A DNA stretch of 53,011 bases, filler included, from Squatina squatina (Eukaryota), in NCBI GenBank assembly GCA_031763465.1. It is 3 parts of 3 records of this genome, joined end to end, with 100 filler letters (N's around TTAATTAATTAA, not from the genome) between each part and the next. Parts side by side here need not be neighbours in the genome. Positions count along the whole stretch, not along the records: positions 15,139 to 36,195 come from JARFOE010000233.1; 2 more parts are not named here. One strand, 5' to 3'. The notes below the pieces were generated by a model that was given only the letters and a program-made list of their open reading frames with translations, was not told the origin of the DNA and made no database searches. The translations under genes were made by a program, and so were the position numbers. Shown in pieces: positions 22,291 to 34,415 of the stretch (position 1 is its first letter; the number at the start of each line of letters is the position of its first letter).

Positions 22291-24684
22291 CTGGTTATTT
22301 TTAATATCTGNNNNNNNNNNNNNNNNNNNNNNNNNNNNNNNNNNNNNNNNNNNNNNNNNNNNNNNNNNNNNNNNNNNNNNNNNNNNNNNNNNNNNNNNNN
22401 NNNNNNNNNNAGTAACAGTAAAAGTATAATATACAATCTATACTTCTTGCTTTGAACCTGTTTTTAGCTGTTACGTAATTTATCTGAAGGCATGTTTACA
22501 AAAAATATTGTAATACTTTGCTTTTAAATAAAAGTTTTTCACCACGGTTAGCATATAAAGAGAATTCCCTTTGGTAAGAGCAGACTTATAATACTGTTTT
22601 ACAAGAATTGGTTTCTAAGGAGGTTGGATCATCTTGAAAAAGCATTTGCATTGAATGGGGCCAATTTTGGGGACATCCAACATGTGGCTGCTATAGCAAT
22701 CTGCTATAAAATTCCTAATAAATTTGTTTGGAAACCTTTTTGAAACATCATTATTACCGAAATTATAGTGAATGCTATGGTTGTCATTTTGTTGAACGTG
22801 GCTGAATTGGCCTTAGTTTTACAGCTGTCAGTTTCTGTCGTACAAGAAGATACAGCATGTGAACTTTTTTTTAAAGTTGATTTTTTTAACACTTCACAAT
22901 CCATTGTACTAAAAGGTTTTAACTGGATTTAAGTCCAACTTATCTGTTATTTATTATCATTGCAAAAAAAATCCATTTGTCATATCAGTAAGTGATAATA
23001 GCTGATCTGCATTCATCTTTCTGTCTTCTGGTTTGTTTTTAGGCCCTGAAAGTTTATTGAAAGAAGAGTTATTTGACTTGTCTTATATTTGATTTAAAAT
23101 CCCAGATTAGCAAAGATTTTTGTGTGTTTCACAGTTGAAGTTGAACTGGCTAGATTCTCCGATCTTGTGCTCCCAGTGAGGTGTTTCACTCACAGGGAAT
23201 GTATATCAAAAATTCAGGTGCCTGCTACACGTGGTTTGTGACCATTTAAAATAATGATTGGAAAATCTTGTGTAGTATGGGGGTTCAATTTCTGATTTGC
23301 ACTCCTGCCGGAATCATTAAGTTAAAAAATGATCCCTATAAATCTTGGCCTTGTACCAGATTGAGGTTTTCTTTTTGATGTAATACTTTCTAAAGTTATT
23401 ACCATTTTTCTTTACATCATTTTCCAAGGCTTCGCATAATTGCTTCAAGCCATCATACATTTTTGTGATGCTTGTAGAAGGTACATTGGTATGATGGTAT
23501 CGAGCTTGTTGATACTGTTGTGCACATTTGGGTGGCTTAGACAATAAGGAAAATGGAACAATTTGTTTGTTGGTGGGCACAGTATGTGTTGATCAATCCA
23601 TGTTGTGTAGGGGTGATACTTTAATAGTCAGGTGTCTGTTGTGAGATTTCAACCAGGGGGCAGTCTCTCTTCGTCATGCTAGCCAAGAACCAAGTGGAGC
23701 AGGCTTGAAGGGCTGAATGGCCTTCTTCACTTCCTATGTTTCTAGCCCTATTCTGGGTGAATGCTGGGGCAAAGGAGGAGAATATGCTGACTCGAGGAAA
23801 ACAGCTGCAAAATGGCTGGGGTTTCTCCAGCTTAAGCAGGAGGTCGTTAATTCATCGTTTCTGACAGGCCGATATCCTGCAGGTGGGAAAGGAAAGATAG
23901 AGGAAATGCACCTTCTTGTTGAAATTAGTGAGAACTGTGCTTGTCTTTGCATCATGAGCCTGATTCCCCAGTGGGGAGGCCCAGCAGTAATGAGACTGGG
24001 TCTGTGAGACTTTGAAGTTGGTTATGATTCCTGGGAAATCTTGAATTGTTGTTCAGAATGGCTAAATGTAGGAATCTGAACAAAATACATGTGAATAACA
24101 GAAAACTAGTCACTAGAATTTCAAAGTGCGCAACCCTAATTCTTTATATCAATTACTTTCATTACAAAATAGGTTCTTTAAAATATTTTGTATTAAGTCC
24201 ATTGTATTTTAAGGTACCAAACCCAAGTTAAAGGGAAAAAGAAAACTCCCCTGTCATTATACCTTTGGGATTTTTAGAGGGCAGTCAGTAAAGGCACAAT
24301 GGATAATCCACGAATAAAGCCTCATTGTTTTCTTTAGATTTCATTTTTAAATTTGAAACTCAGAATCTAGAAGGACCATGCTAAAAAATATGTCCAGGAG
24401 CTCAGTACTTAACTGAGTGTTCTCCCACCATAAAATCAGCTTTTCATTAAGTTTGGGCTTTTTTTCTATTTTGAGACTCAGAAGGATGTGTAAATGTTTT
24501 TTCTCAAGACTGCAACTGCAATTAGTATTTTACTTTATTGTTAACACTTTAAAACAAATAAATAATGGTACATTAATTTTATATGTACATGTTAAATGAT
24601 TATATGGAAGTTTCTAAGAAGAGTAACAATGGACTATTTGTAACACTTAATGTAACTGGTCTTTGTTGAAGCAGTTGTACATAC

Positions 24685-24812
24685 CTGGCATGTACCGTTA
24701 GCACAGATGTCTGCTTCATGTGGACCACATGGCGTTCCATCAAGCACTTTCTCTGAGATCAGCATAGGTTGATCTTTCCCCAGAGGAGAACAAAACAGTG
24801 CACAGGGCTTCT
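24685..24812 (-). CDS. ADAMTS19: ADAMTS19 exon (128 bp), cysteine-rich domain
   Basis: ttcctgttcag acceptor and GTATGT donor. Encodes [43 protein letters not shown] and joins in phase with the 28457-28626 exon. Confidence 0.93.
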
Positions 24813-26848
24813 CTGAACAGGAAATCAAACAATATGAAACACATCATACATTAGTCTAGTTTATACTTTACAATCNNNNNNNNNNNNNNNNNNNNNNNNN
24901 NNNNNNNNNNNNNNNNNNNNNNNNNNNNNNNNNNNNNNNNNNNNNNNNNNNNNNNNNNNNNNNNNNNNNNNNNNNTACGCAAGTTCCAATTCCTGAAGGC
25001 TTCACCTTATGGCATTGCAAAGTGAACAGCTGTGAAATGGCAGTCTTTGTATCACTTCAGCAGCTGTCAACTAGTGAAAGGAATGGAGACTGACCGTGAA
25101 CATGACTCCACTTACCTGACGGGTTCCAGGAGCGACGGGTAATCCCATAGTAACTTGGCAAAATAAGGCTTCTCTACTTTTAATAAACTTCAATGAGCCT
25201 CAAAGACCTGTTAAGTGCCTCAACAATCTGTCCCGCCATTTGTTGTTGAGTTTGGTAGAGAGCGCAGAACCCGACAGCTGGGAAATTGACAAAGAGACGG
25301 GATTGGAGCGGCAATCGGACCTGCTGTCAATCAGGGCCATTTTGCCAGTGGGCCCGCCCCAAAACCTGCCCTCTGAGCACTGGCAAAATTGGTTGAAGAG
25401 CCTCTCTCCTGCATATCACAGATGCATTGTAGAGGCCACTGCACTGGATGAGATGCCCGATGACAGCATGTTTAGACTCAAAAGTCCACAAAAGCTCTGT
25501 AGGCAGCTTCAGCATAATGAATGGCAAGCGCCGTTCCTTCACTGCTGATTGCAAAATCCAGGCCAATATGTTCTCACACATACTTGTTTTTTCTTTCAAA
25601 ATATATCAAGGCAATAAACTTTTGACTCTTGGATAGTTAAAAGATATTTTGGCACGTAACCTTTCCTTTAAAGTCCAAATACTCACAAAAAAACAATGTC
25701 CTAAGGTTACCCATCCTTAGTCCCCAACTGTTTTTTTTTAAGTATTTATGATATGAGACCTGCTCCACAGAAGAACATTTATGCTTGTAATAGAGATTGT
25801 AAGACCAGCACCATAGCTATACCCTGTCACACATCAAACACAGTCTGTGGTTAATGACTTTCCAAGCCTGACTGGCTGAGTTAGAGCCAAGTAAAAAACG
25901 GCTTTTTTCTTACAAAAGAAAGTACTATGAGCTGGTGATGTAGTGCTCAAGGTAATGGTTTTGTGCCATGATATGTCATTCTCTAAGTATCTACTAGTGG
26001 AATACATTCGAGAGACGATGATGTAAAGGAGAATGCTGTTCCATCTAGTTTTCTATCAAAGTAATGCAGATGTCTTCATTTGGGCTACAGCACTATTATT
26101 TTGTTTTGAACATTAAAAGAACTATACCTTATCAACTGTGATAAAACAATGAAAAGATATACATGAAAATTTTAACTTCTGTGTCTTTGAAACTTCATTA
26201 TTGCTGCGACGGTACAGCTTGGCAATTCTTCCAAATTCATCATGTTGCCAGTTACATTTTTGATTGGATAAAATATCTTGACTTTTTCCCATAAAGTTGG
26301 TTTTCTCTGTATTTATAATTTTGTTTATTAACCTTACAGAGAAAGCTATGCGGTGCCAATTTCAAGAACTCTTTCAGGAATACAATGTCACAATTCAAGT
26401 GAGAATTTGAACTGTTTTCCAGATAATATATATTAATCAGAATTAGGCTAAGTAGTGCTCGACCTATAACTAATTTTATAACTGACAGCTGAATAAAAAG
26501 TCAACAAGTAGGCAAAAATGTTTGTATCAAAATAATGATGAATGTCGCTATGTTAAATTAACCAAATAAAAATGTAAGTTATGTACTGTATTAACGCATG
26601 TTTTATGTAGATGCCATATGTATATAATATTAAAATAACATTCATGAACTAAGTTCAGTAGTAACTTCCGTGAACAGCATCAGAGACTCTGGGGTGGGAC
26701 CAAGCAACGCTGACCTCAAATCATCCACCCTATAAACTGCTCAATAACNNNNNNNNNNNNNNNNNNNNNNNNNNNNNNNNNNNNNNNNNNNNNNNNNNNN
26801 NNNNNNNNNNNNNNNNNNNNNNNNNNNNNNNNNNNNNNNNNNNNNNNN

Positions 26849-27213
26849 AGCTATTTCACCTATATCTCTGGCCTTTAATGAGTACTCTTTATAATTCGAA
26901 ACCTAATGGTGCCTCAGAACGTTACTGCCACACTCACGTTTAAGTAAGGCTGCCGCATCCGGGTGCCAGGTGCCCTCATAGTTTTCACTCTCTAATTCTC
27001 TGCCGTGACACTCAGGGGGCACTGTGCGCGGTGCACTGTGCACTGAGTGCAGCACCTCAAGCCAGGAGCGCGGCACTGCCGATTAGCGCCACCGGTACCT
27101 GAATCCCGCGGCAGCCAGCTGGAGGGCCGCCGGCCACCGCAATCACCTGATCACCCGGGGAGTGCCTCCCGGAGGCGCACACCGGGTGATCAGCAACACT
27201 GAATTTCGCCCCC
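26849..27213. mobile_element. GC-rich end of a probable Harbinger-type non-autonomous element with an internal palindrome
   Basis: Ends CTGAATTTCGCCCCC followed by TCA. Contains a 47-bp near-perfect palindrome at 27147-27193. Confidence 0.45.
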
Positions 27214-27559
27214 TCAGTCTTTGCCTTTAATATAATAAAATTTTGGATGTATTTAATTACATTAAATATTCTATAAAATTTAAATTGTTGACACTGATAT
27301 GCATTATGTTGGACTTGAAAGCCACTGACTGATTATGTTTTCCTTTCTGGCACTGATGAGCACACACAGTAATCTGAGATGGTGTTTACTAGTGTAGTAC
27401 AGAGATGCTCAACTGTTTAGAGCTGGGGACTGGACAAACCTATCAAAACCATTGAGTGGTTACACAATAATGCAAGCGCCATACAGAAAAATGCAAGCTC
27501 CTTACATAATAAAACAAGACCACCACATACTTAAAAGCAAGATCCCCATACAAGCTCCA

Positions 27560-27790
27560 TCCACCTTCTCCTACATTCTCCCTCCTCCTTCCCTCATTAA
27601 TTACCATGCCCAAAGCCTGATTCTTTTGCTCTCCTCTTGTTTTTTGCTATTATTCCTATTCCCCCCGCTCTCCAGTTTTCCATTCCTTTTTATCCTCTTG
27701 GACCGCCTTCTCTCTCCCTACTCTTCTCCTATATCTTCTCTATGTATCTCTCTCCTCTGCATCCCTCTCTCTGTCTTCTGCTTCTCTCTG
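27560..27790. repeat. CT-rich low-complexity tract
   Basis: Almost entirely pyrimidine on the + strand, with no fixed period. Confidence 0.7.
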
Positions 27791-28456
27791 CACTGATTAA
27801 ATCTTTAGAAATATTCAATCATCTTTAAGAATATTATCAAAGCACATTTTCTCTGTGAGCAAGAGCAGAGGGAGACATCTGGCTGGGACCACTAAAGCAG
27901 CACAAGGACTGGGAGAGAATGTTGCAAGTCTCTAAAATTGTTAGGTCTGGAAGACTAGTAAAGTCCCAATGGAAAATTACAATGAATCCTCCTCTGTGTT
28001 GGGATTGTTCAAAACCTACCAAGCAAGGAGCAGGCTTTTCCAGTCCTCCAGGCTTGGCAACTTTAAACAGCTTGAAAGTAATGAATTCGGCTTAGCGGAC
28101 AAGCACAAAGAAGAAAGGAACTGTTCAGAGCTTTGTGCTCTGGACCAAAGACGCTTGTGGGCCACATTTTGCTTGTGCGTTGAATCTTGAACATCACTGG
28201 TGTCATACATTGGTGCATTCACATGCTGTGCCACAGAGTAATATGATGCATGTTATACCAGGTGGTGAATTCCCTATATTATCAACTTACCTGGGTTACA
28301 CACCTACTGAGTCATTTATAATCATATGTGATCACAATATGCAACAGCAGAACAGAAACCTAAAACTTCTGCCAATTCACAAAACTGATCAATGGGGCTC
28401 AGATTCAGCTGTTTGAAATTTGCAAACATAACAGAAGTCTTAAGAAACATAATTAC

Positions 28457-28626
28457 CTTCATCGGTGATAGCATACCACTGCAAGGAATGCTTTTGATAC
28501 GATGGCCTGTTGAATGATTGGCACTGCAAGTCTCGAAAACCTGGCACTCCTGCGGGACAAGGGGGATTCTTGCATATCTTGTACTGTACACAGGAACCCT
28601 GACAATTCTTGCCTTCAGGACCAGGT
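28457..28626 (-). CDS. ADAMTS19: ADAMTS19 exon (170 bp), end of TSR1 and start of the cysteine-rich domain
   Basis: ttgtttccatccag acceptor and GTAATT donor. Encodes PGPEGKNCQGSCVQYKICKNPPCPAGVPGFRDLQCQSFNRPSYQKHSLQWYAITDE; human is recalled as QYRICENPPCPAGLPGFRDWQCQ...KHILQWQAVLDE. Confidence 0.92.
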
Positions 28627-29983
28627 CTGGATGGAAACAAAATAAGCAAAATCTCTGTTGAGATGCACAGTTACATTGAGTTAGACCTTTCAACTCTGCT
28701 CGAAAACAATGGCCTTGAACTTCCTCAAGGCTTGAGCCCAATTCCAACACAGAAGAGGAGCCGTTGCAATTTTTCACTCGGATCTGGGGTAGATGGAACT
28801 TCTGTCTGCTCCGTAGAAGGCCCTTGACAGAACAAGGAGGTCAGGATGCGGGAGGGATTTCCCAACTGATTTCCCACAGCTCCCATCTCCTTTGTAGCCA
28901 GCAATCTGAACACCAGGAAGTATGGGAAGTTACAGCTTTAAGAGTGCATTTTATGCTGCACCTGTATTCTCTACCATAAGTTACTACATTTTACGTCTTG
29001 CTGGTGAGCTAGGCACTCAGTACAAAACGTACAACATTATGTTAAAATGACGTTGAGGTCTAAATTACATCATTGGACCCTAATTTTTGCATTAAAATTA
29101 GGTCCTTACCTGCCTGAAACGCTGCCCAAGTTGCACCAGTAAAAATGGTGAGTGGCACCAACTGCTTGCGAACTCGGTGAGCTTCACAATGCTGCAATTT
29201 TAACCCTTACACGGACCATTCTCGTCTCATGCTGAGGACTTAAAATCAGGGCTTATTTCTCTGCTTCCCAAATTACTGTAATAATAATATATAGTCAAAG
29301 TATTATATCTAAATAAGAACAGCAGACAGCACTTTTAAAATTGGGACTGAATNNNNNNNNNNNNNNNNNNNNNNNNNNNNNNNNNNNNNNNNNNNNNNNN
29401 NNNNNNNNNNNNNNNNNNNNNNNNNNNNNNNNNNNNNNNNNNNNNNNNNNNNTGGCCCCAGTTTGAGAGACAGAAAAATGGTGCAGTATTTTGGTTCATC
29501 GTTCCTCTGATACGGAAAATGAATTTGACCGGTGATTGGTATTTTGCTGCATCATTCTTTGAACAATGATACACTGCAATTCACTTTATCTGCCAACTAT
29601 GCTTCACCTCTATAATTTCAACAGTTTATAACATATGCAAAGTAAGCACAGTTGACAGATAAAAATAAACTGCTAATAATTTATCTCCTGTGTTTTAAGT
29701 GGCAACGGCATCACTTACAGCACACAACTTGAAATATAAATTATTTATTATTGCTGAACATAAAACCCATGCTAGGTTGTAACATTCTTCGACAGGTAAG
29801 AAAAACATGGTATATATTTAATTGCACAGCTGCAAGGCAGTTCCATTGTAACTTTTCAGTCTCCTGAAAAAGCTTTCAAAAGTGATGAGCACTATATAAC
29901 ATGTCTGACTAACAACTGGTATCACCATTATCTGTACACCACGATCTTGGACTTTGAAGTGTGGAATGCAAACAAGCATAAAA

Positions 29984-30089
29984 GGGGTAATTTGAAGTCA
30001 ATGGAAATGCAAATCTGGAGAGGTGTTTCACGGGTGGCTGAGCAGATAATGCCCGTTTTATGCTTTCATCGAAACTTCAAATTAACCCC
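29984..30089. mobile_element. 106-bp MITE with terminal inverted repeats
   Basis: Left end GGGGTAATTTGAAGT, right end ACTTCAAATTAACCCC. The interior resembles the right arm of the palindromic MITE at 33391-33577. Confidence 0.6.
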
Positions 30090-30627
30090 AAAAATCTCCC
30101 AATTTCCATGTGGCATTCCATTGATGGTGCTTTCCTGCTACGAAAGTAATGTTAATACANNNNNNNNNNNNNNNNNNNNNNNNNNNNNNNNNNNNNNNNN
30201 NNNNNNNNNNNNNNNNNNNNNNNNNNNNNNNNNNNNNNNNNNNNNNNNNNNNNNNNNNNAATATTACAATCAAGATTCAGACTGCAAACTACCCATAAAC
30301 CATACCACGGGTGATCGGTTAATACTTTACAAATGAAAATGCCATATTCATGTCTGGCAATTTAGTGACACCATTAAAGTCAATTGTTTTGTGTGTTGTA
30401 TCAGTAATTGTGTAGCCTCCACAGTTTACTCCTTCCAATTATGGTTGCCGTATTCTGTGGCATTTATGGGTTCTTCTATTATTCTTCAGGTATGAGGAGC
30501 TTGGAAGACAAATAGAAACATCTGCAATCTAGCAGGTTTTCAAACACTTGTAACTTTTATACACCACAGAGAAAAATGTGAAAACAGAATTTTACAATAT
30601 TTTAAGCACTGAGCTTAGAGTTCTTAC

Positions 30628-30708
30628 CTTTTCTGTTTCACACTCAGTTCCATCTAGTGGTGGGTCTAGTTTGGTTTTACACTCCTGGTCACCGTCTACT
30701 GACTCGTG
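30628..30708 (-). CDS. ADAMTS19: ADAMTS19 disintegrin-like domain exon, apparently 21 bp short at its 5' end
   Basis: GTAAGA donor at 30627. Encodes HESVDGDQECKTKLDPPLDGTECETEK; human is recalled as [34 protein letters not shown]. The 5' boundary is uncertain (TAG at 30709-30711). Confidence 0.8.
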
Positions 30709-30718
30709 CTATGAAGTG

Positions 30719-30789
30719 TGCACTAAGTCGAATTCGCACATCACCCCTGTGCTCGCCGACCTGCATTGGTTCCCGGATCCACAATGCTT
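30719..30789 (+). mobile_element. L2 LINE fragment
   Basis: CTKSNSHITPVLADLHWFPDPQC is the L2 ORF2 motif. Confidence 0.8.
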
Positions 30790-31750
30790 NNNNNNNNNNN
30801 NNNNNNNNNNNNNNNNNNNNNNNNNNNNNNNNNNNNNNNNNNNNNNNNNNNNNNNNNNNNNNNNNNNNNNNNNNNNNNNNNNNNNNNNNTATTCATGGAC
30901 AATACTTAAAATGAGTGGGAAAAACGTTTTATCTTGGTGAAATATCAAGGTATGTGCATCATTACTGGTGATCTGGCAAGGAGACAGATTGAAACAGCTT
31001 ACACATATTAAAACAGATGACAATTGATTTTTTTAAATAATAAAGAGAACAGAATAAATCATGGAGCAATGGTTGATAGAGAAATCCCTCAATTGTGCGG
31101 AAAATGACATTATACTGTCACTTTAAAGAGTTGTACTTGCTCCACCATTACACTTGGCACGTTAGAAAATAATAAAGTACAGAAAGAGAGTTGGCCATAT
31201 TATCCTTCAAGCTGCACTTTCCACAGACCATTGACTCAACCCATATTTAATTATCTAACGGAATGCCCTACAAAATTGTTCTCTGACCTCTGCACAAAAG
31301 ACAGTTGAGAAAAGCTCCACAATATCCACCTATACTAATGCATCCATTATTCAAATCTGACAGTTATTTTCCAGAGATGACAGTCCCATGATCACAGCAC
31401 AGAAACTACTGTGCTCCACAGAGCATTCACTGGGAAGAATAAGTACTTCACAATTATCTATAGACTTCTGATAATGTTAATCAGATTGGTATTGCAATAG
31501 TAATATGGACTCAATTTTAAATGTGAAAAGAAGCTGCTGACTGTTACATTGATGCACTTAATCAAAGTCACTGAATGTGCTTTAGATTCATTTACAGTAA
31601 AGCCATTACGTGATCCAAATCAAGCATCAGTTCCGATATAGTAATCTATACATTAAAAAAAAACAAGTTGATCTTATTGAGATTCTGCTCTTGATACAAG
31701 AAGTTCTCGAATCTACCCAAGTGTTCTTTGTAACACTTTGAGCCAAGATC

Positions 31751-31826
31751 CTAATTAATATAATAAAATTATACCATGCAAAAATTCTAGCTAATTAATA
31801 TAATAAAATTATACCATTCAAAAATT
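31751..31826. repeat. 40-bp AT-rich tandem duplication
   Basis: CTAATTAATATAATAAAATTATACCATKCAAAAATT at 31751 and 31791, one mismatch. Confidence 0.9.
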
Positions 31827-32759
31827 ATATATTTGAAAATATTTATGATCAAAATAATTATTGCATAACTTTGTAGTGGCTGAAATATATTTTANNNNNN
31901 NNNNNNNNNNNNNNNNNNNNNNNNNNNNNNNNNNNNNNNNNNNNNNNNNNNNNNNNNNNNNNNNNNNNNNNNNNNNNNNNNNNNNNNNNNNNNNAGAGAC
32001 CCAGCCTGTTCATCCTTTCCTGATACGTATATCCTAATTTTTCTGGTATCATCCTTGTAAATCCTCTCCAGTGCCTCCACATGATGGTTTTTATTGCCAT
32101 TTTGAGGATTTGATCCTGCTCAACTCTATATTGATTTCTCATTTGAATAGCTCAAAACATTCCTGCCATTCCATTTTTGTACCTTTAGTTAGGTTTATGT
32201 TGTGCTTATTTAGGCTGCCTAATTTATTGCTTTAGTTGTTGGTGTACTCCCTGGGCTTCTTACACTGTTAATGAACCCTGTGCCCCTAGAACTGATTGCA
32301 TATTTTTCCATTTCACATTCCAACACAGTCTTCATTCTTCATGCCCTGATGATTTGGTTGTCTGTACCGCAGTCTATCAACACTTGTCTGCTCCAGTTAG
32401 GTTTTAATGGCTTTCTTTTCTCTAGTGAGGTGCTGGGAGCACGAAGGAAATTTATGCTGTTTTGGCTGGTCATCATTATTGACATATATCTAACCAAAAG
32501 CAGCATTAAGCAGCTTGGAATTTAGATCACACTTTAGATCAGACCAAAAAAGCCATATTTCTCCTGATGGTGTTATTTTATGTTATACTACAATGCTGAA
32601 GTATTTTATTCCCATCTTTNNNNNNNNNNATCTTTGCTGCAGAGATGGTAAGGTCATATTGTTGCTCAATATTCAATAATTAGAAATAAATCTAGTTAAC
32701 ATTATTTTGAATCATATGTTACAACTAGGGAAGATAATGTCAAAATGGAGTTCTTCATC

Positions 32760-32935
32760 CATCTTTTGGACAAGACGTTAAATCAAAACCCCATCTACCT
32801 GTTCAAGTGGATAAAAAAGCACTTTTCAAAGAGCATGGACCATCTCTTGGAGTCCTGGCTAAATTTCACCCCTCAAATCATTATAAATGAGGTAATGAAA
32901 AGTGCTATATAAATGCAAGTTCATTCTTTATTTCT
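32760..32935 (+). mobile_element. Degenerate, internally deleted Deu-SINE (SacSINE1-like)
   Basis: Shares GTCCTGGCYAA and the tail GCTATAKAAATGCAAGT with the copy at 48003-48398. Confidence 0.6.
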
Positions 32936-33390
32936 TTTGAATGAGGCCCGAGGCACTTGAGCCTCCCAGTTGGGACAAACCTAAGGGAATTTACAATCGA
33001 CAAGGTTTAAGAAATGTCGGTGTCAGACATTATGAATCTACAGATAANNNNNNNNNNNNNNNNNNNNNNNNNNNNNNNNNNNNNNNNNNNNNNNNNNNNN
33101 NNNNNNNNNNNNNNNNNNNNNNNNNNNNNNNNNNNNNNNNNNNNNNNGATCCAATTGAATGGCGGAGCGGGCTCGATGGGCCGAATGGCCTACTCCTGCT
33201 CCTACTTCTTATGGTCTTATGGTAAAGGGGCCAATGTCGGCCCCCTAGTTTGTAGCATACCTTAGCTTGATTATTCCCCCTGAAATAGTTTATTGAGACA
33301 TTAATAAAACACTCTGCTATATTAAAAGTCCAAGTGCGGTCTCAAAAGATATGTATTTTATAAGAATAAAAATATTAATTTTAAATAATT

Positions 33391-33577
33391 GGGGTGAATT
33401 TGAACTGCTCCCACTGGGTGGGTATCAGGTGGCAGTGGGTCAGCTGCTCATTTTATACCCCACCTCATTTTCTTTTTCATTCAAGTCAATATAAAGGAAA
33501 ATCGGGCAGGGTACAAAACAGCAGCCGACCCACTGCCACCTGTTTGACGCCCGATGAGAACAGTTAAAATCAACCGC
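33391..33577. mobile_element. Palindromic MITE (about 187 bp)
   Basis: The two halves are imperfect reverse complements along their whole length, e.g. CAGGTGGCAGTGGGTCAGCTGCT and AGCAGCCGACCCACTGCCACCTG. Ends are GGGGTGAATTTGAACTG and CAGTTAAAATCAACCGC. Confidence 0.85.
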
Positions 33578-34085
33578 TTGGTTATTATTGATTCTTACTT
33601 ACTTGTGACCCATTTCATGAGCAATTGTAAAGGCTAGATTCAGTCCATTGTCCTCAGCAAGAACACACTTCCTTTTTTCACTGCACATCCCACTAAGATA
33701 TGCTATACCTGCCAAAAAAAAATACATATAAAGACAAAATAAAAATAACAATACAGTAACTAATACTGGTGAATACAAAAATCAGTCATAAAGAAGTTAT
33801 ATCTTTTTAATGTTTAAAAATAATAGATACAGGTACTTTTGAGTGAAGGGATTTTATGTTAATGTGCTCTGAGCCATAAAGGACATATTTCAAGGTGCAA
33901 AAGAGACACATAGTAACAAAAATGTGAATCTGATTAGAGGAAAAATGTGCAATCCTAGAGAACTTCCTTTAAGGTTTTGAGTTATNNNNNNNNNNNNNNN
34001 NNNNNNNNNNNNNNNNNNNNNNNNNNNNNNNNNNNNNNNNNNNNNNNNNNNNNNNNNNNNNNNNNNNNNNNNNNNNNNNNNNNNN

Positions 34086-34415
34086 CCTCGAATGCAGTAA
34101 AATGTCCCAAGGCGCATCGCAGGAATGATTATCAAACAAAATTTGACACCAAGCCGCATAAAGAGATATTAGGACAGGAGGTAGGTTTTAAAGAGCATCT
34201 TAAAGGAGGAGTGGTTTCAGGAGGGAATTCCAGAACTTCGGGTCTAGGCAGCTGAAGCCCCCTACGGTAGAACGAAGAAAATTGGGGATGTGCAAAAGGC
34301 CAGAATTGGAGCAGCGTAGAAATCGCAGAGGGCTGCAAGAGGTTATAGGGAGGAGCATGGCCATGGAAAGATTTGAAAACAAGGATGAGGATTTTCAAAT
34401 TGAGATCAATAAGAT
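34086..34415 (-). mobile_element. L2 LINE 3' end
   Basis: LKILILVFKSFHGHAPPYNLLQP, then GGFSCLDPKFWNSL, then the L2 3' UTR. Confidence 0.85.
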
